Shown: positions 22,901-36,251 of the stretch, piece after piece
How positions within the stretch are numbered: the first letter of the stretch is position 1
Layout: the number at the start of each line of letters is the position of its first letter
Assembly (NCBI GenBank): GCA_964016885.1
Contig: OZ024746.1
Location: 992,001-1,056,000 of the forward strand
From: Eledone cirrhosa
Taxonomy: Eukaryota
Direction: 5' to 3'
DNA: 64,000 nt
Position numbers and translations under genes: made by a program
Notes under the pieces: generated by a model
Told to the model about the DNA's origin: nothing
Databases searched by the model: none
What the model saw: only the letters and a program-made list of their open reading frames with translations

Positions 22901-25900
22901 GGCCAGCACTGTAATGACATGACAGTGGGGAGGTGGCCAGCACTGTAATGACATGACATGGGGAGGTGGCCAGCACTGTAATCACATGACATGTGGAGGT
23001 GGCCAGCACTGTAATCACATGACATGTGGAGGTGGCCAGCACTGTAATCACATGACATGGGGAGGTGGCCAGCACTGTAATGACATGACATGGGGAGGTG
23101 GCCAGCACTGTAATCACATGACATGTGGAGGTGGCCAGCACTGTAATGACATGACATGGGGAGGTGGCCAGCACTGTAATGACATGACATGGGGAGGTGG
23201 CCAGCACTGTAATGACATGACATGGGGAGGTGGCCAGCACTGTAATGACATGACATGGGGAGGTGGCCAGCAATGTAATGATATGACATGGGGAGGTGGC
23301 CAGCACTGTAATCACATGACAGTGGGAGGTGGCCAGCACTGTAATGACATGACAGTGGGGGGGTGGCCAGCACTGTAATGATATGACATGGGGAGGTGGC
23401 CAGCACTGTAATCACATGACATGGGGAGGTGGCCAGCACTGTAATCACATGACATGGGGAGGTGGCCAGCACTGTAATCACATGACAGTGGGGGGTGGCC
23501 AGCACTGTAATCACATGACATGGGGAGGTGGCTAGCACTGTAATGACATGACATGGGGAGGTGGCCAGCACTGTAATCACATGACATGGGGAGGTGGCCA
23601 GCACTGTAATCACATGACATGGGGAGGTGACCAGCACTGTAATGACATGACATGGGGAGGTGGCCAGCACTGTAATGACATGACATGGGGAGGTGGCCAG
23701 CACTGTAATCACATGACATGGGGAGGTGGCCAGCACTGTAATCACATGACATGGGGAGGTGGCCAGCACTGTAATGACATGACATGGGGAGGTGGCCAGC
23801 ACTGTAATCACATGACATGGGGAGGTGGCCAGCACTGTAATCACATGACATGGGGAGGTGGCCAGCACTGTAATCACATGACATGGGGAGGTGGCCAGCA
23901 CTGTAATGACATGACAGTGGGGGGTGGCCAGCACTGTAATCACATGACATGGGGAGGTGGCCAGCACTGTAATGACATGACAGTGGGGGGTGGCCAGCAC
24001 TGTAATGACATGACATGGGGAGGTGGCCAGCACTGTAATGACATGACATGGGGAGGTGGCCAGCACTGTAATCACATGACATGGGGAGGTGGCCAGCACT
24101 GTAATCACATGACATGTGGAGGTGGCCAGCACTGTAATCACATGACATGGGGAGGTGGCCAGCACTGTAATGACATGACATGGGGAGGTGGCCAGCACTG
24201 TAATCACATGACATGGGGAGGTGGCCAGCACTGTAATGACATGACATGGGGAGGTGGCCAGCACTGTAATGACATGACATGGGGAGGAGGCCAGCACTGT
24301 AATGACATGATATGGGGAGGTGGCCAGCACTGTAATGACATGACATGAGGAGGTGGCCAGCACTGTAATCACATGACATGGGGAGGTGGCCAGCACTGTA
24401 ATCACATGACATGGGGGGGTGGCCAGCACTGTAATGACATGACAGTGGGAGGTGGCCAGCACTGTAATGACATGATATGGGGAGGTGGCCAGCACTGTAA
24501 TGACATGACAGTGGGAGGTGGCCAGCACTGTAATGACATGACAGTGGGAGGTGGCCAGCACTGTAATGACATGATATGGGGAGGTGGCCAGCACTGTAAT
24601 GACATGACATGGGGAGGTGGCCAGCACTGTAATCACATGACATGGGGAGGTGGCCAGCACTGTAATAACATGACATGGGGAGGTGGCCAGCACTGTAATG
24701 ACATGACATGGGGAGGTGGCCAGCACTGTAATCACATGACATGGGGGGTGGCCAGCACTGTAATGACATGACATGGGGAGGTGGCCAGCACTGTAATGAC
24801 ATGACATGGGGAGGTGGCCAGCACTGTAATGACATGACATGGGGAGGTGGCCAGCACTGTAATGACATGACAGTGGGAGGTGGCCAGCACTGTAATCACA
24901 TGACAGTGGGAGGTGGCCAGCACTGTAATGACATGACATGGGGGGGTGGCCAGCACTGTAATGACATGACATGGGGAGGTGGCCAGCACTGTAATGACAT
25001 GACAGTGGGAGGTGGCCAGCACTGTAATCACATGACAGTGGGAGGTGGCCAGCACTGTAATCACATGACATGTGGAGGTGGCCAGCACTGTAATGACATG
25101 TCATGGGGAGGTGGCCAGCACTGTAATCACATGACAGTGGGAGGTGGCCAGCACTGTAATCACATGACAGTGGGAGGTGGCCAGCACTGTAATCACATGA
25201 CATGGGGGGGGGGGGCCAGCACTGTAATCACATGACATGGGGCGGTGGCCAGCACTGTAATCACATGACATGGGGAGGTGGCCAGCACTGTAATGACATG
25301 ACATGGGGAGGTGGCCAGCACTGTAATCACATGACATGGGGGGGGGGGGCCAGCACTGTAATCACATGACATGGGGCGGTGGCCAGCACTGTAATCACAT
25401 GACATGGGGAGGTGGCCAGCACTGTAATGACATGACATGGGAAGGTGGCCAGCACTGTAATGACATGACATGGGGAGGTGGCCAGCACTGTAATCACATG
25501 ACATGGGGGGGGGGGCCAGCACTGTAATGACATGACATGGGGGGGGGCAGCACTGTAATGACATGACAGTGGGAGGTGGCCAGCACTGTAATCACATGAC
25601 ATGGGGAGGTGGCCAGCACTATTCACATGATATGGGGAGGTGGCCAGCACTGTAATGACATGACATGGGGAGGTGGCCAGCACTGTAATGACATGACATG
25701 GGGAGGTGGCCAGCACTGTAATCACATGACATGGGGAGGTGGCCAGCACTGTAATCACATGACATGGGGGGGTGGCCAGCACTGTAATGACATGACATGG
25801 GGAGGTGGCCAGCACTGTAATGACATGACATGGGGAGGTGGCCAGCACTGTAATGACATGACATGGGGAGGTGGCCAGCACTGTAATGACATGACATGGG

Positions 25901-26536
25901 GAGGTGGCCAGCACTGTAATCACATGACATGGGGGGTGGCCAGCACTGTAATGACATGACATGGGGAGGTGGCCAGCACTGTAATCACATGACATGGGGG
26001 GGTGGCCAGCACTGTAATGACATGACATGGGGGGGTGGCCAGCACTGTAATCACATGACATGGGGGGGTGGCCAGCACTGTAATGACATGACATGGGGAG
26101 GTGGCCAGCACTGTAATGACATGACATGGGGAGGTGGCCAGCACTGTAATGACATGACATGGGGAGGTGGCCAGCACTGTAATGACATGACATGGGGGGG
26201 TGGCCAGCACTGTAATGACATGACATGGGGGGGTGGCCAGCACTGTAATGACATGACATGGGGAGGTGGCCAGCACTGTAATGACATGACATGGGGGGGT
26301 GGCCAGCACTGTAATGACATGACATGGGGGGGTGGCCAGCACTGTAATGACATGACATGGGGAGGTGGCCAGCACTGTAATGACATGACATGGGGGGGTG
26401 GCCAGCACTGTAATGACATGACATGGGGAGGTGGCCAGCACTGTAATGACATGACATGGGGAGGTGGCCAGCACTGTAATGACATGATATGGGGAGGTGG
26501 CCAGCACTGTAATCACATGACAGTGGGAGGTGGCCA
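16963..26536. repeat. 33-bp satellite array, ~290 units (~9.6 kb)
   Basis: Unit (g/c)acatgacatggggaggtggccagcactgtaat with recurrent variants (acagtgg, atatgg, catcac, atgtgg). Confidence 0.98.
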
Positions 26537-26600
26537 AAAGGATCCACAGTGGTACCGAAACAGCATTTGTGAGGTACACAGATGTGGAGGCTGAGCTGAA
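26510..26600 (-). mobile_element. CRE-like fragment (upstream half of the satellite-split copy)
   Basis: Minus strand LSLHICVPHKCCFGTTVDPFGHLPLSC matches LGLWICKPHKCRSGSTMDSFSLHPLSC at 40195-40275. Confidence 0.8.
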
Positions 26601-26969
26601 AAATGAGAAAAAATATACATATATATCGATAATAATAATAATAATAATGAAATTATTGTGTAACGTGCTCATATAAAAAATATACATATATATCGATACA
26701 TATAAAAAATGTAATGTTTAGACTTATAATCAATGTGAAATTACAATAATATAGTTTATTATGCAGTTATCAACAATGATGATAAAGTCTGTCTTTGTAT
26801 CAACCTGTCATTGATCTCTTATATATTTATATAAAGGAGAAAAACAAACACTTTGTAAAATATATTCAATATTGACTGTTGAAACAATGGTGCCACCTGG
26901 TGTTTGTGGCTGTAACCTCGGGTCACAGCTTAAATATAGTATAGACATGTGTAGAGGGGGGGGGGGGTG

Positions 26970-28660
26970 ATCATCATCACCATGACCACCACCACCATCA
27001 CCACCACCATCACCACCACCTTCACCACCATCATCACCACCATCACCACCATCACCACCACCATCATCACTACCACCACCATCACCACCATCATCACCAC
27101 CACCACCATCACCACCACCATCACCACCACCTTCACCACCATCATCACCACAATCACCACCATCACCACCACCATCATCACTACCACCACCATCACCACC
27201 ATCATCACCACCACCACCATCACCACCACCATCACCACCACCTTCACCACCATCATCACCACCATCACCACCATCACCACCACCATCATCACTACCACCA
27301 CCATCACCACCATCATCACCACCACCACCATCACCACCACCATCACCACCACCTTCACCACCATCATCACCACCATCACCACCATCACCACCACCATCAT
27401 CACTACCACCACCACCACCACCACCATCACCACCACCACCATCACCACCACCATCACCACCACCACCACCACCACCATCACCACCACCACCACCACCATC
27501 ACCACCACCACCATCACCACCACCATCACCACCACCACCACCACCACCACCACCACCACCACCATGACCACCACCACCATCACCACCACCATCACCACCA
27601 TCACCACCACCACCATCACCACCACCACCACCATCACCACCACCACCATCACCACCATCACCACCACCATCACCACCATCATCACTACCACCACCATCAC
27701 CACCATCATCACCACCACCACCATCACCACCATCATCACCACCACCATCATCATCACCACCACCATCATCACCACCACCACCACCATCACCACCACCACC
27801 ACCATCACCACCACCACCATCACCACCACCATCACCACCACCACCATCATCACGACCACCACCATCACCACCATCATCACCACCACCACCACCACCACCA
27901 CCACCACCATCACCACCACCACCACCACCACCACCATCACCACCACCACCACCATCACCACTACCACCATCACCACCACCATCACCACCACCACCATCAT
28001 CACCACCACCACCATCACCACCATCATCACCACCATCACCACCACCATCATCACCACCACCACCATCACCACCATCATCACCACCACCACCATCACCACC
28101 ACCACCACCACCATCATCATCACCACCATCACCACCACCACCACCATCACCACCACCACCACTATCACCACCACCACCATCACCATCACCACCACCATCA
28201 CCACCATCATCACCACCACCACCATCACCACCACCACCACCATCACCACCACCACCACCATCACCACCACCACCACCACCACCACCACAACCACCACCAC
28301 CACCATCACCATCACCATCACCACCACCATCACCACCACCACCATCACCATCACCACCACCATCACCACCATCATCACCACCACCACCATCACCACCACC
28401 ACCACCACCACAACCACCACCACCACCATCACCATCACCATCACCACCACCATCACCACCACCACCATCACCATCACCACCACCATCACCACCATCATCA
28501 CCACCACCACCATCACCACCACCACCACCACCACAACCACCACCACCACCATCACCATCACCACCACCATCACCACCACCACCATCACCATCACCACCAC
28601 CATCACCACCATCATCACCACCACCACCATCACCACCACCACCACCACTACCACCAACTT
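26970..28660. repeat. (ACC/ATC)n trinucleotide array, ~1.7 kb, ending at an RTE-type tail
   Basis: Direct inspection. The first part has a ~111-bp period, and the array abuts accgtttaacgtccattttcc. Confidence 0.95.
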
Positions 28661-28772
28661 CACCGTTTAACGTCCATTTTTCCAGGCTGTTGATTAGAAT
28701 CGATCATCTAACATTGTATATATTGAACAGAAAACAAAACATAGGTTGGTATTATCAATGAGAAGATATTTA

Positions 28773-31700
28773 ATCTGATCCAGACATCGTGGCCTCAGTC
28801 AGATTTAGACATCGTGGCCTCGGTCAGATCCAGACATCGTGACCTCAGTCAGATCTAGACATCGTGGCCTCAGTCAGATCTAGACATCGTGGCCTCAGTC
28901 AGATCCAGACATCGTGGCCTCAGTCAGATTTAGACATCGTGGCCTCAGTCAGATCTAGACATCGTGGCCTCAGTCTGATCCAGACATCGTGGCCTCAGTC
29001 AGATCTAGACATCGTGGCCTCAGTCAGATCCAGACATCGTGGCCTCAGTCAGATCTAGACATCGTGGCCTCAGTCTGATCCAGACATCGTGGCCTCAGTC
29101 AGATCCAGACATCGTGGCCTCAGTCAGATCCAGACATCGTGGCCTCAGTCAGATCTAGACATCGTGGCCTCAGTCCGATCCAGACATCGTGGCCTCAGTC
29201 AGATCCAGACATCGTGGCCTCAGTCAGATCTAGACATCGTGGCCTCAGTCAGATCCAGACATCGTGGCCTCAGTCAGATCTAGACATCGTGGCCTCAGTC
29301 TGATCCAGACATCGTGGCCTCAGTCAGATCCAGACATCGTGGCCTCAGTCAGATCCAGACATCGTGGCCTCAGTCAGATCCAGACATCGTGGCCTCAGTC
29401 AGATCTAGATATTGTGCCTCAGTCAGATCCAGACATCGTGGCCTCAGTCAGATCCAGACATCGTGGCCTCAGTCTGATCCAGACATCATGGCCTCAGTCA
29501 GGTCCAGACATCGTGGCCTCAGTCAGATCCAGACATCGTGGCCTCAGTCAGATCTAGACATCATGGCCTCAGTCAGATCCAGACATCGTGGCCGCAGACA
29601 GATCCAGACATCGTGGCCTCAGTCAGATCCAGACATCGTGGCCTCAGTCAGATCTAGACATCGTGGTCTCAGTCAGATCTAGACATCGTGGCCTCAGTCA
29701 GATCTAGACATCGTGGTCTCAGTCAGATCCAGACATCGTGGCCGCAGACAGATCCAGACATCGTGGCCTCAGTCAGATCCAGACATCGTGGTCTCAGTCA
29801 GATCCAGACATCGTGGCCTCAGTCAGATCTAGACATCGTGGCCTCAGTCAGATCTAGACATCGTGGCCTCAGTCAGATCCAGACATCGTGGCCTCAGTCA
29901 GATCCAGACATCGTGGCCTCAGTCAGATCTAGACATCGTGGCCTCAGTCCGATCCAGACATCGTGGCCTCAGTCAGATCCAGACATCGTGGTCTCAGTCA
30001 GATCTAGACATCGTGGCCTCAGTCAGATCTAGATATTGTGGCCTCAGTCAGATCCAGACATCGTGGCCTCAGTCAGATCCAGACATCGTGGTCTCAGTCA
30101 GATCTAGACATCGTGGCCTCAGTCAGATCTAGATATTGTGGCTTCAGTCAGATCCAGACATCGTGGCCTCAGTCAGATCCAGACATCGTGGCCTCAGTCA
30201 GATCTAGATATTGTGGCCTCAGTCAGATCTAGATATTGTGGCCTCAGTCAGATCCAGACATCGTGGCCTCAGTCAGATCTAGACATCGTGGCCTCAGTCA
30301 GATTTAGACATCGTGGCCACAGTCAGATCCAGACATCGTGGCCTCAGTCAGATCTAGACATCGTGGTCTCAGTCAGATCTAGACATCGTGGCCTCAGTCA
30401 GATCTCGACATCGTGGTCTCAGTCAGATCCAGACATCGTGGCCGCAGACAGATCCAGACATCGTGGCCTCAGTCAGATCCAGACATCGTGGTCTCAGTCA
30501 GATCCAGACATCGTGGCCTCAGTCAGATCTAGACATCGTGGCCTCAGTCAGATCTAGACATCGTGGCCTCAGTCAGATCCAGACATCGTGGCCTCAGTCA
30601 GATCCAGACATCGTGGCCTCAGTCAGATCTAGACATCGTGGCCTCAGTCCGATCCAGACATCGTGGCCTCAGTCAGATCCAGACATCGTGGTCTCAGTCA
30701 GATCTAGACATCGTGGCCTCAGTCAGATCTAGATATTGTGGCCTCAGTCAGATCCAGACATCGTGGCCTCAGTCAGATCCAGACATCGTGGTCTCAGTCA
30801 GATCTAGACATCGTGGCCTCAGTCAGATCTAGATATTGTGGCCTCAGTCAGATCCAGACATCGTGGCCTCAGTCAGATCCAGACATCGTGGCCTCAGTCA
30901 GATCTAGATATTGTGGCCTCAGTCAGATCTAGATATTGTGGCCTCAGTCAGATCCAGACATCGTGGCCTCAGTCAGAGCTAGACATCGTGGCCTCAGTCA
31001 GATTTAGACATCGTGGCCACAGTCAGATCTAGACATCGTGGCCACAGTCAGATCTAGACATCGTGGCCTCAGTCAGATCCAGACATCGTGGCCTCAGTCA
31101 GATCCAGACATCGTGGCCTCAGTCAGATCTAGACATCATGGCCTCAGTCAGATCCAGACATCGTGGCCGCAGACAGATCCAGACATCGTGGCCTCAGTCA
31201 GATCCAGACATCGTGGCCTCAGTCAGATCTAGACATCGTGGTCTCAGTCAGATCTAGACATCGTGGCCTCAGTCAGATCTAGACATCGTGGTCTCAGTCA
31301 GATCCAGACATCGTGGCCGCAGACAGATCCAGACATCGTGGCCTCAGTCAGATCCAGACATCGTGGTCTCAGTCAGATCCAGACATCGTGGCCTCAGTCA
31401 GATCTAGACATGGTGGCCTCAGTCAGATCTAGACATCGTGGCCTCAGTCAGATCCAGACATCGTGGCCTCAGTCAGATCCAGACATCGTGGCCTCAGTCA
31501 GATCTAGACATCGTGGCCTCAGTCAGATCCAGACATCGTGGCCTCAGTCAGATCCAGACATCGTGGTCTCAGTCAGATCTAGACATCGTGGCCTCAGTCA
31601 GATCTAGATATTGTGGCCTCAGTCAGATCCAGACATCGTGGCCTCAGTCAGATCCAGACATCGTGGTCTCAGTCAGATCTAGACATCGTGGCCTCAGTCA

Positions 31701-32743
31701 GATCTAGACATCGTGGCCTCAGTCAGATCTAGATATTGTGGCCTCAGTCAGATCCAGACATCGTGGCCTCAGTCAGATCCAGACATCGTGGCCTCAGTCA
31801 GATCTAGATATTGTGGCCTCAGTCAGATCTAGACATCGCGGCCTCAGTCAGATCTAGACATCGTGGCCTCAGTCAGATCTAGACATCGTGGCCTCAGTCA
31901 GATCCAGACATCGTGGCCTCTGTCAGATCTTGATATTGTGGCCTCAGTCAGATCTAGATATCGTGGCCTCAGTCAGATCTAGATATTGTGGCCTCAGTCA
32001 GATCCAGACATCGTGGCCTCAGTCAGATCTAGACATCGTGGCCTCAGTCAGATCTAGACATCGTGGCCTCAGTCAGATCCAGACATCGTGGCCTCTGTCA
32101 GATCTAGATATTGTGGCCTCAGTCAGATCTAGATATCGTGGCCTCAGTCAGATCTAGATATTGTGGCCTCAGTCAGATCCAGACATCGTGGCCTCAGTCA
32201 GATCTAGACATCGTGGCCTCAGTCAGATCTAGACATCGTGGCCTCAGTCAGATTTAGACATCGTGGCCACAGTCAGATCTAGACATCGTGGCCACAGTCA
32301 GATCTAGACATCGTGGCCTCAGTCAGATCCAGACATCGTGGCCTCAGTCAGATCCAGACATCGTGGCCTCAGTCAGATCTAGATATTGTGCCTCAGTCAG
32401 ATCTAGACATCGTGGCCTCAGTCTGATCTAGATATTGTGGCCTCAGTCAGATCTAGACATCGCGGCCTCAGTCAGATCTAGACATCGTGGCCTCAGTCAG
32501 ATCTAGACATCGTGGCCTCAGTCAGATCCAGACATCGTGGCCTCTGTCAGATCTAGACATCGTGGCCTCAGTCTGATCTAGATATTGTGGCCTCAGTCAG
32601 ATCTAGACATCGCGGCCTCAGTCAGATCTAGACATCGTGGCCTCAGTCAGATCCAGACATCGTGGCCTCAGTCAGATCTAGACATCGTGGCCTCAGTCAG
32701 ATCTAGATATTGTGGCCTCAGTCAGATCTAGATATCGTGGCCT
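28773..32743. repeat. 25-bp satellite array, ~159 units (~4 kb)
   Basis: Unit cagtcagatc(t/c)agacatcgtggcct. Confidence 0.98.
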
Positions 32744-33554
32744 GACAGGCTGGAAATCGCAAACTGACAAACTATCGATTGTTCTCTGATAAGTTTTTAT
32801 CGAGCCCTTAGCAGTTGAAATGTCTGCTATCTAGGGGGACATTATAAAGAAGGAATCTAATATAGTTGCTTATTTGACTGGACCAAGGAAACAATGTTTC
32901 CATTAGTCCATTACTGATACCAACTACTAGTCGCAACTCCTGAAAGGAGTAACGTGAAATAATGTATTTTTCTGAAGAACGTGATGTGCTTCTCATTCTA
33001 GGAATTGAACTCACGACCTGGAATAACTGAGGTGGCTGGCAAATCAGTATTTTTGTAGGTTGTCTGCATTGATTTTTTTAGAAAAGGTGGTGGTGGAGCT
33101 TAAGATCTATTGAATAGTGGTGTATGTCAAAAAGAATCTCCATTGAAATTTCTATCTCTTTCTTTCTCCCCCCTCTTTCTTTCTCCCCTCCCTCTCTCTC
33201 TAATCATCCATTTCTTATTAACCGTTCCATTACATATTTCTAATGAAAGTCACGGCCTATGATTTTCAAAACATTTTGAAAATAATCAAGAATTTTGTGA
33301 TATTCAGTGAAATAACTAACTTTCTTATTTATCTGATGTTTGGAACATAACTTAACAAAGATTCTGAAATAAAGTTATGGTAGAAAGTTTTTAGATAAAT
33401 ATTAACAGTTTGTATCATAGCATCAAAAGTTTTAATATCAAAGAATATTTTGAAGTATGTCTATTTCCTTGTAGTAGTTAACTCTAATTCTACAAAATAA
33501 TCTTATGATTCCAAATTTCCGTCAATTCTACCATTTTCTTCCTTTATATTTCAG

Positions 33555-33587
33555 GTCACAATGGGAACGGTATTCTTCTCTACATAG
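33555..33587 (+). CDS. Candidate 33-nt internal exon of an unidentified host gene
   Basis: Polypyrimidine tract ttttcttcctttatatttcag | GTCACAATGGGAACGGTATTCTTCTCTACATAG | gtaagg. The length is a multiple of 3 and two frames are open (SQWERYSSLH or HNGNGILLYI). Confidence 0.4.
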   Translation, partial: VTMGTVFFST

Positions 33588-34062
33588 GTAAGGATTGCAG
33601 TTATTCTATTTATATTTCTTCAGTATTATCTAGAACTGGGGGTCAACAAACTAAGACCCCCACAACCCAGATGTGACCCACAGGCTTTATTTCATCTGAC
33701 CCACAGCTTTATTTCCTTTGGTCCACAGACTTCAATATATAATGTTGCTTAGAAGAATTTTTTTTCTTTTCATTTCTCACCATATTACAGTTTTTGTGGT
33801 GTTATTCGCGCCAGTCACCAATCTGGTACTTTCTCAAACCTGTGAAGACTAGACTTTTTTAGGCAGCCTTTACCTCATCATAGCTATATCACTGGGTGAT
33901 GTAACTATGATGAGGTTGTAAGATGTTTTATATATAACATGGTGTTATATATGACATATAATATGATATATAATAACATGAAATAATATATGACATGGTA
34001 TTAAATAAGACCTGGTATATGATGATATATATCACATGGTATTGCGTATGACACAGTATTAT

Positions 34063-34211
34063 ATAAGGGGGTGCTGAAAAGTTCCTGGCTTTGGGTAAAA
34101 TAAAATGCAGGAGGATCAGTTAATTATGATTTTATTCAACATATTCCCCTCTCAGATTCACACACTGTATTTTATTTTACCCAAAGCCAGGAACTTTTCA
34201 GCACCCCAGTA
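34063..34211. mobile_element. Mariner-derived MITE
   Basis: ~40-bp near-perfect TIRs ggggtgctgaaaagttcctggctttgggtaaaataaaat / attttattttacccaaagccaggaacttttcagcacccc, with TA flanks. Confidence 0.8.
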
Positions 34212-34847
34212 TATGTGATGGATATATGTGATGGAGTATATGTGATGGATATATGTGATGGAGTATGTGATGGATATATGTGATGGAGTATATGTGCCTG
34301 TGTGTTGATATAACAAAAGTTTAAATTCTGAGATTCTGCAAAAATTTGAAATCAATTTTTTTAATTTCTGTATTTGGGATAGAATCAACTTTTAGAGCTT
34401 AATAAACACCAGAACTATAATTATATACATACCTGTGTGTATGTGTGTGTGTATGTATGTGTATGTATGTGTATGTGTGTCTGTATGTACTCTCAGGTCT
34501 CAAAAAATCATACCCTCTCCCACTTAATAATTTTTCATATTTTTTTCCTAATTGTGGTTTTTAAAATAATCAACAAAGACAACCTACAAAAATTACCAAC
34601 TCCCCCCACCTACACCAACCCCCTACACATGTATGTAGGAACATATGAATATTGTGTATATCATCATTTAATATCTCCCTGCTAGCAAGTATTGGACAGG
34701 TTGATACATATCAACTCGGTACTCTATATACTCGTATATAAGTCATGAAATGTGTGGCCAAAATTGATGGAGGTGGCTATATTCAAGGTCAATAATTTGC
34801 TGATTTTCTCCTACTTCAAATTCTATATAAATGAGGTGCTAAAATAT

Positions 34848-35155
34848 TTTCACTTTGGAGGTGAATATTACACCTGTTTCACTTTGGAGGTGAATATTAC
34901 ACCTGTTTCACTTTGGAGGTGAATATTACACCTGTTTCACTTTGGAGGTGAATATTACACCTGTTTCACTTTGGAGGTGAATATTACACCTGTTTCACTT
35001 TGGAGGTGAATATTACACTGGTTTCACTTTGGAGGTGAATATTACACCTGTTTCACTTTGGAGGGGAATATTACACCTGTTTCACTTTGGAGGGGTATAT
35101 TACACCTGTTTCACTTTGGAGGGGAATATTGCACTGGTTTCACTCTGAAGGTGAA
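34848..35155. repeat. 29-bp minisatellite, ~10 copies
   Basis: Unit tttcactttggaggtgaatattacacctg. Confidence 0.95.
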
Positions 35156-35683
35156 ATTTGTCTTTTATGTGTTCGGAATGAATGTAGCCTTCAAAATGTT
35201 TGGAAATTGGTAAAAAATCATTACATAATGGAGTTATGAAACAAAACTACTCTATATGACACTTAAAACGTTTTAAATATCAAAATTTTAAAACTTCATA
35301 AATATATTTTCCACTCATGAGAATTTTAAAACAGCACATCTAAACCTCAAATGTTGATTAGCCATTTTTCAGACATAAAATAGGTGTCTGATTATAATCA
35401 AATCAGCTTATATAGCATAATTGGAGCTACTGACATCTCAGAGGGACTGGGGCGAGAACCACAGCTCCCCACTCTCACTCCCTGCAAAGTACACCCGGTG
35501 CATCGTAACACCCTCACTAGTGAGGTTATCACCTCTTTGAAGGCAAACTAATTAGGTTTCTAGGGCATCTTTAAACCTGGTGGAGCCCATCTCCTCTCCA
35601 GGTCTAAATACAGCAGATTTCTTCCAGAGTAGGATAGAGTGAAAGAATGGAAGTGAGAAAGAGATATAGAGGAAGAATTGACA

Positions 35684-35822
35684 TCAGTACTTAACTAGTA
35701 CTTGTTTTATCGACTCGAATGGACGAAAGACAAAGTTGACCTCAGCAGGATTTGAACTGAGAGAGCAGAGACAAATACCACAAAACATTCTGACGTTCTA
35801 ACAACTCTGACAATTCACTGCC
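35684..35822 (-). mobile_element. Decayed Meta-domain tRNA SINE
   Basis: tagtacttgttttatcgactc..gaaagacaaagttgacctcagcaggatttgaactga; homologous to the 49558 and 60400 copies. Confidence 0.65.
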
Positions 35823-35824
35823 TG

Positions 35825-36024
35825 CTAACTCCACTCATACTTATCTAACCCCACTCATACTTATCTAACCCCACTCATACTTATCTAACCCCACTCATAC
35901 TTACCTAACCCCACTCATACTTATCTAACCCCACTCATACTTACCTAACCCCACTCATACTTACCTAACCCCACGCATGCCTACCTAACCCCACTCATGC
36001 CTACCTAACCCCACTCATGCCTAA
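35825..36024. repeat. 20-bp minisatellite, ~10 copies
   Basis: Unit ctaaccccactcatactta(t/c), with variants drifting along the array. Confidence 0.93.
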
Positions 36025-36251
36025 CTAGATAGACTTAGAAAGACACTATATTAAGAGATGTGAGCATGATGTGGGGTTTGTAAAGTAGCCATCCTTTCAT
36101 CAGAGGTAGGATCAGATCAGCAGATCATTAAAAAATGGTTTGTTTCGCTATAAACTTTAACACTGAACTGTACAAGATTTTATAGATAGACTTAGCTTTA
36201 GCTTCTCTGAACTGCCATTACACAGAAACGCAGATAAGATGTTCATGATAA

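Noticed and set aside
17093-26687. Giant ORFs (1255 aa CHVITVLATSP, 1176 aa WGGGQHCNxMT, and others) as a repetitive structural protein
   Set aside because: They arise because the 33-bp unit lacks stops in several frames. Frameshifts are frequent, there are no unique termini, and the flanks show a retrotransposon origin.
28773-32743. CRISPR-like array (also considered for the 33-bp and 29-bp arrays)
   Set aside because: Units are contiguous with no unique spacers, there are no cas genes, and the context is eukaryotic.
35825-36024. Telomeric repeat (ctaaccc in each unit)
   Set aside because: A single telomere-like hexamer inside a 20-bp unit, not tandem (TTAGGG)n.
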